The position numbers and the translations under genes were made by a program. The notes beneath the pieces are model-generated. The model saw nothing but the letters and a program-made list of their open reading frames with translations. It was not told the DNA's origin and did no database searches. From a virus (taxonomy: Duplodnaviria; Caudoviricetes): a stretch of 24,114 nucleotides of DNA. Below are positions 23,692-24,114 of the stretch, in pieces. Numbering within the stretch: the first letter of the stretch is position 1; the number at the start of each line of letters is the position of its first letter. The stretch is taken from IMG/VR virus record IMGVR_UViG_3300005805_000487, positions 1-24,114 of that record. One strand, written 5' to 3'.

Positions 23692-24114
23692 TCAGATTTT
23701 GGCGTAAGAGCCGTGATACAAAGATCGTGCTTCGGTTGCGACAAGTCCAGCTAACTCCAAGTCTTTGAAGTAGCCAATCAGATGTGACTTGCCGTTTTTC
23801 ATCACACGCACCAGCCATGCTTTGCTGGCCTTATGCCAAGAAACACCGGGATAGCCTGATGTATTGCTTGCCAAAGCGTTGCGGTTGCACTGGTTTTCGC
23901 TGCGTGTAGCTGGTCGTAGATTTTCAATGCGGTTATCAGCACGGTCACCGTTGATGTGGTCAACCTCTGGAGGCAGATAGCCGTAGTGCAGCATGAAGAT
24001 CAGGCGGTGAGCCTTTTGAACCTTGCCACGCCATGTGATGTGCCGATAGCCCGTCTTGTGGATTGATCCAGCAGGTTTGTCCATCATGTGCTGTTTGTTT
24101 GGATGGCTTACGCC
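23692..24114 (-). CDS. HNH-AP2 homing endonuclease (frame open to the window edge; 5' end may be truncated)
   Basis: AHRL...VDHINGDRADNRIENLR HNH motif plus AP2 domain NTSGYPGVSW...W...IGYF. Confidence 0.92.
   Translation of the reverse strand, partial: GVSHPNKQHMMDKPAGSIHKTGYRHITWRGKVQKAHRLIFMLHYGYLPPEVDHINGDRADNRIENLRPATRSENQCNRNALASNTSGYPGVSWHKASKAWLVRVMKNGKSHLIGYFKDLELAGLVATEARSLYHGSYAKI

Noticed and set aside
1-24114. Stop-codon reassignment
   Set aside because: All core genes are full length in the standard code, and the only tRNA is a normal Leu(UAA), not a suppressor.

Overview
A 24 kb piece of a lytic, podovirus-type tailed phage genome that infects a Gram-negative host (it carries Rz/Rz1 spanins). 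Two convergent arms meet at a bidirectional intrinsic terminator (15622-15665). The + arm holds small early ORFs, a T7-like replisome (gp4-type primase/helicase, Tyr762-type family A polymerase, SSB, 5'-3' exonuclease, endonuclease I), tRNA-Leu(UAA), an AT-rich PAPS-reductase/DndC-like gene, and nucleotide or auxiliary genes (ThyX, MazG, metallophosphoesterase, DUF3310, class II RNR, PhoH, ClpP-like). The - arm holds an HNH-AP2 endonuclease, tail-associated genes, adaptor, hub, three ejection proteins and a holin/SAR-endolysin/spanin cassette. No phage RNA polymerase is in the window, and three near-consensus sigma70 promoters are present. The layout resembles SIO1/cobavirus (Zobellviridae)-type phages, by inference. 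The most striking signals are: (1) a 415-bp endonuclease insertion into the overlap of two genes, carrying synonymously recoded copies of both gene ends so that both genes are repaired; (2) an array of small ORFs built from shuffled shared modules; (3) no CCWGG found anywhere, with Pro-Gly codon choice that avoids it; (4) an orphan Fe-S PP-loop enzyme inside the replisome operon. All calls come from reading motifs by eye; no database searches were run.
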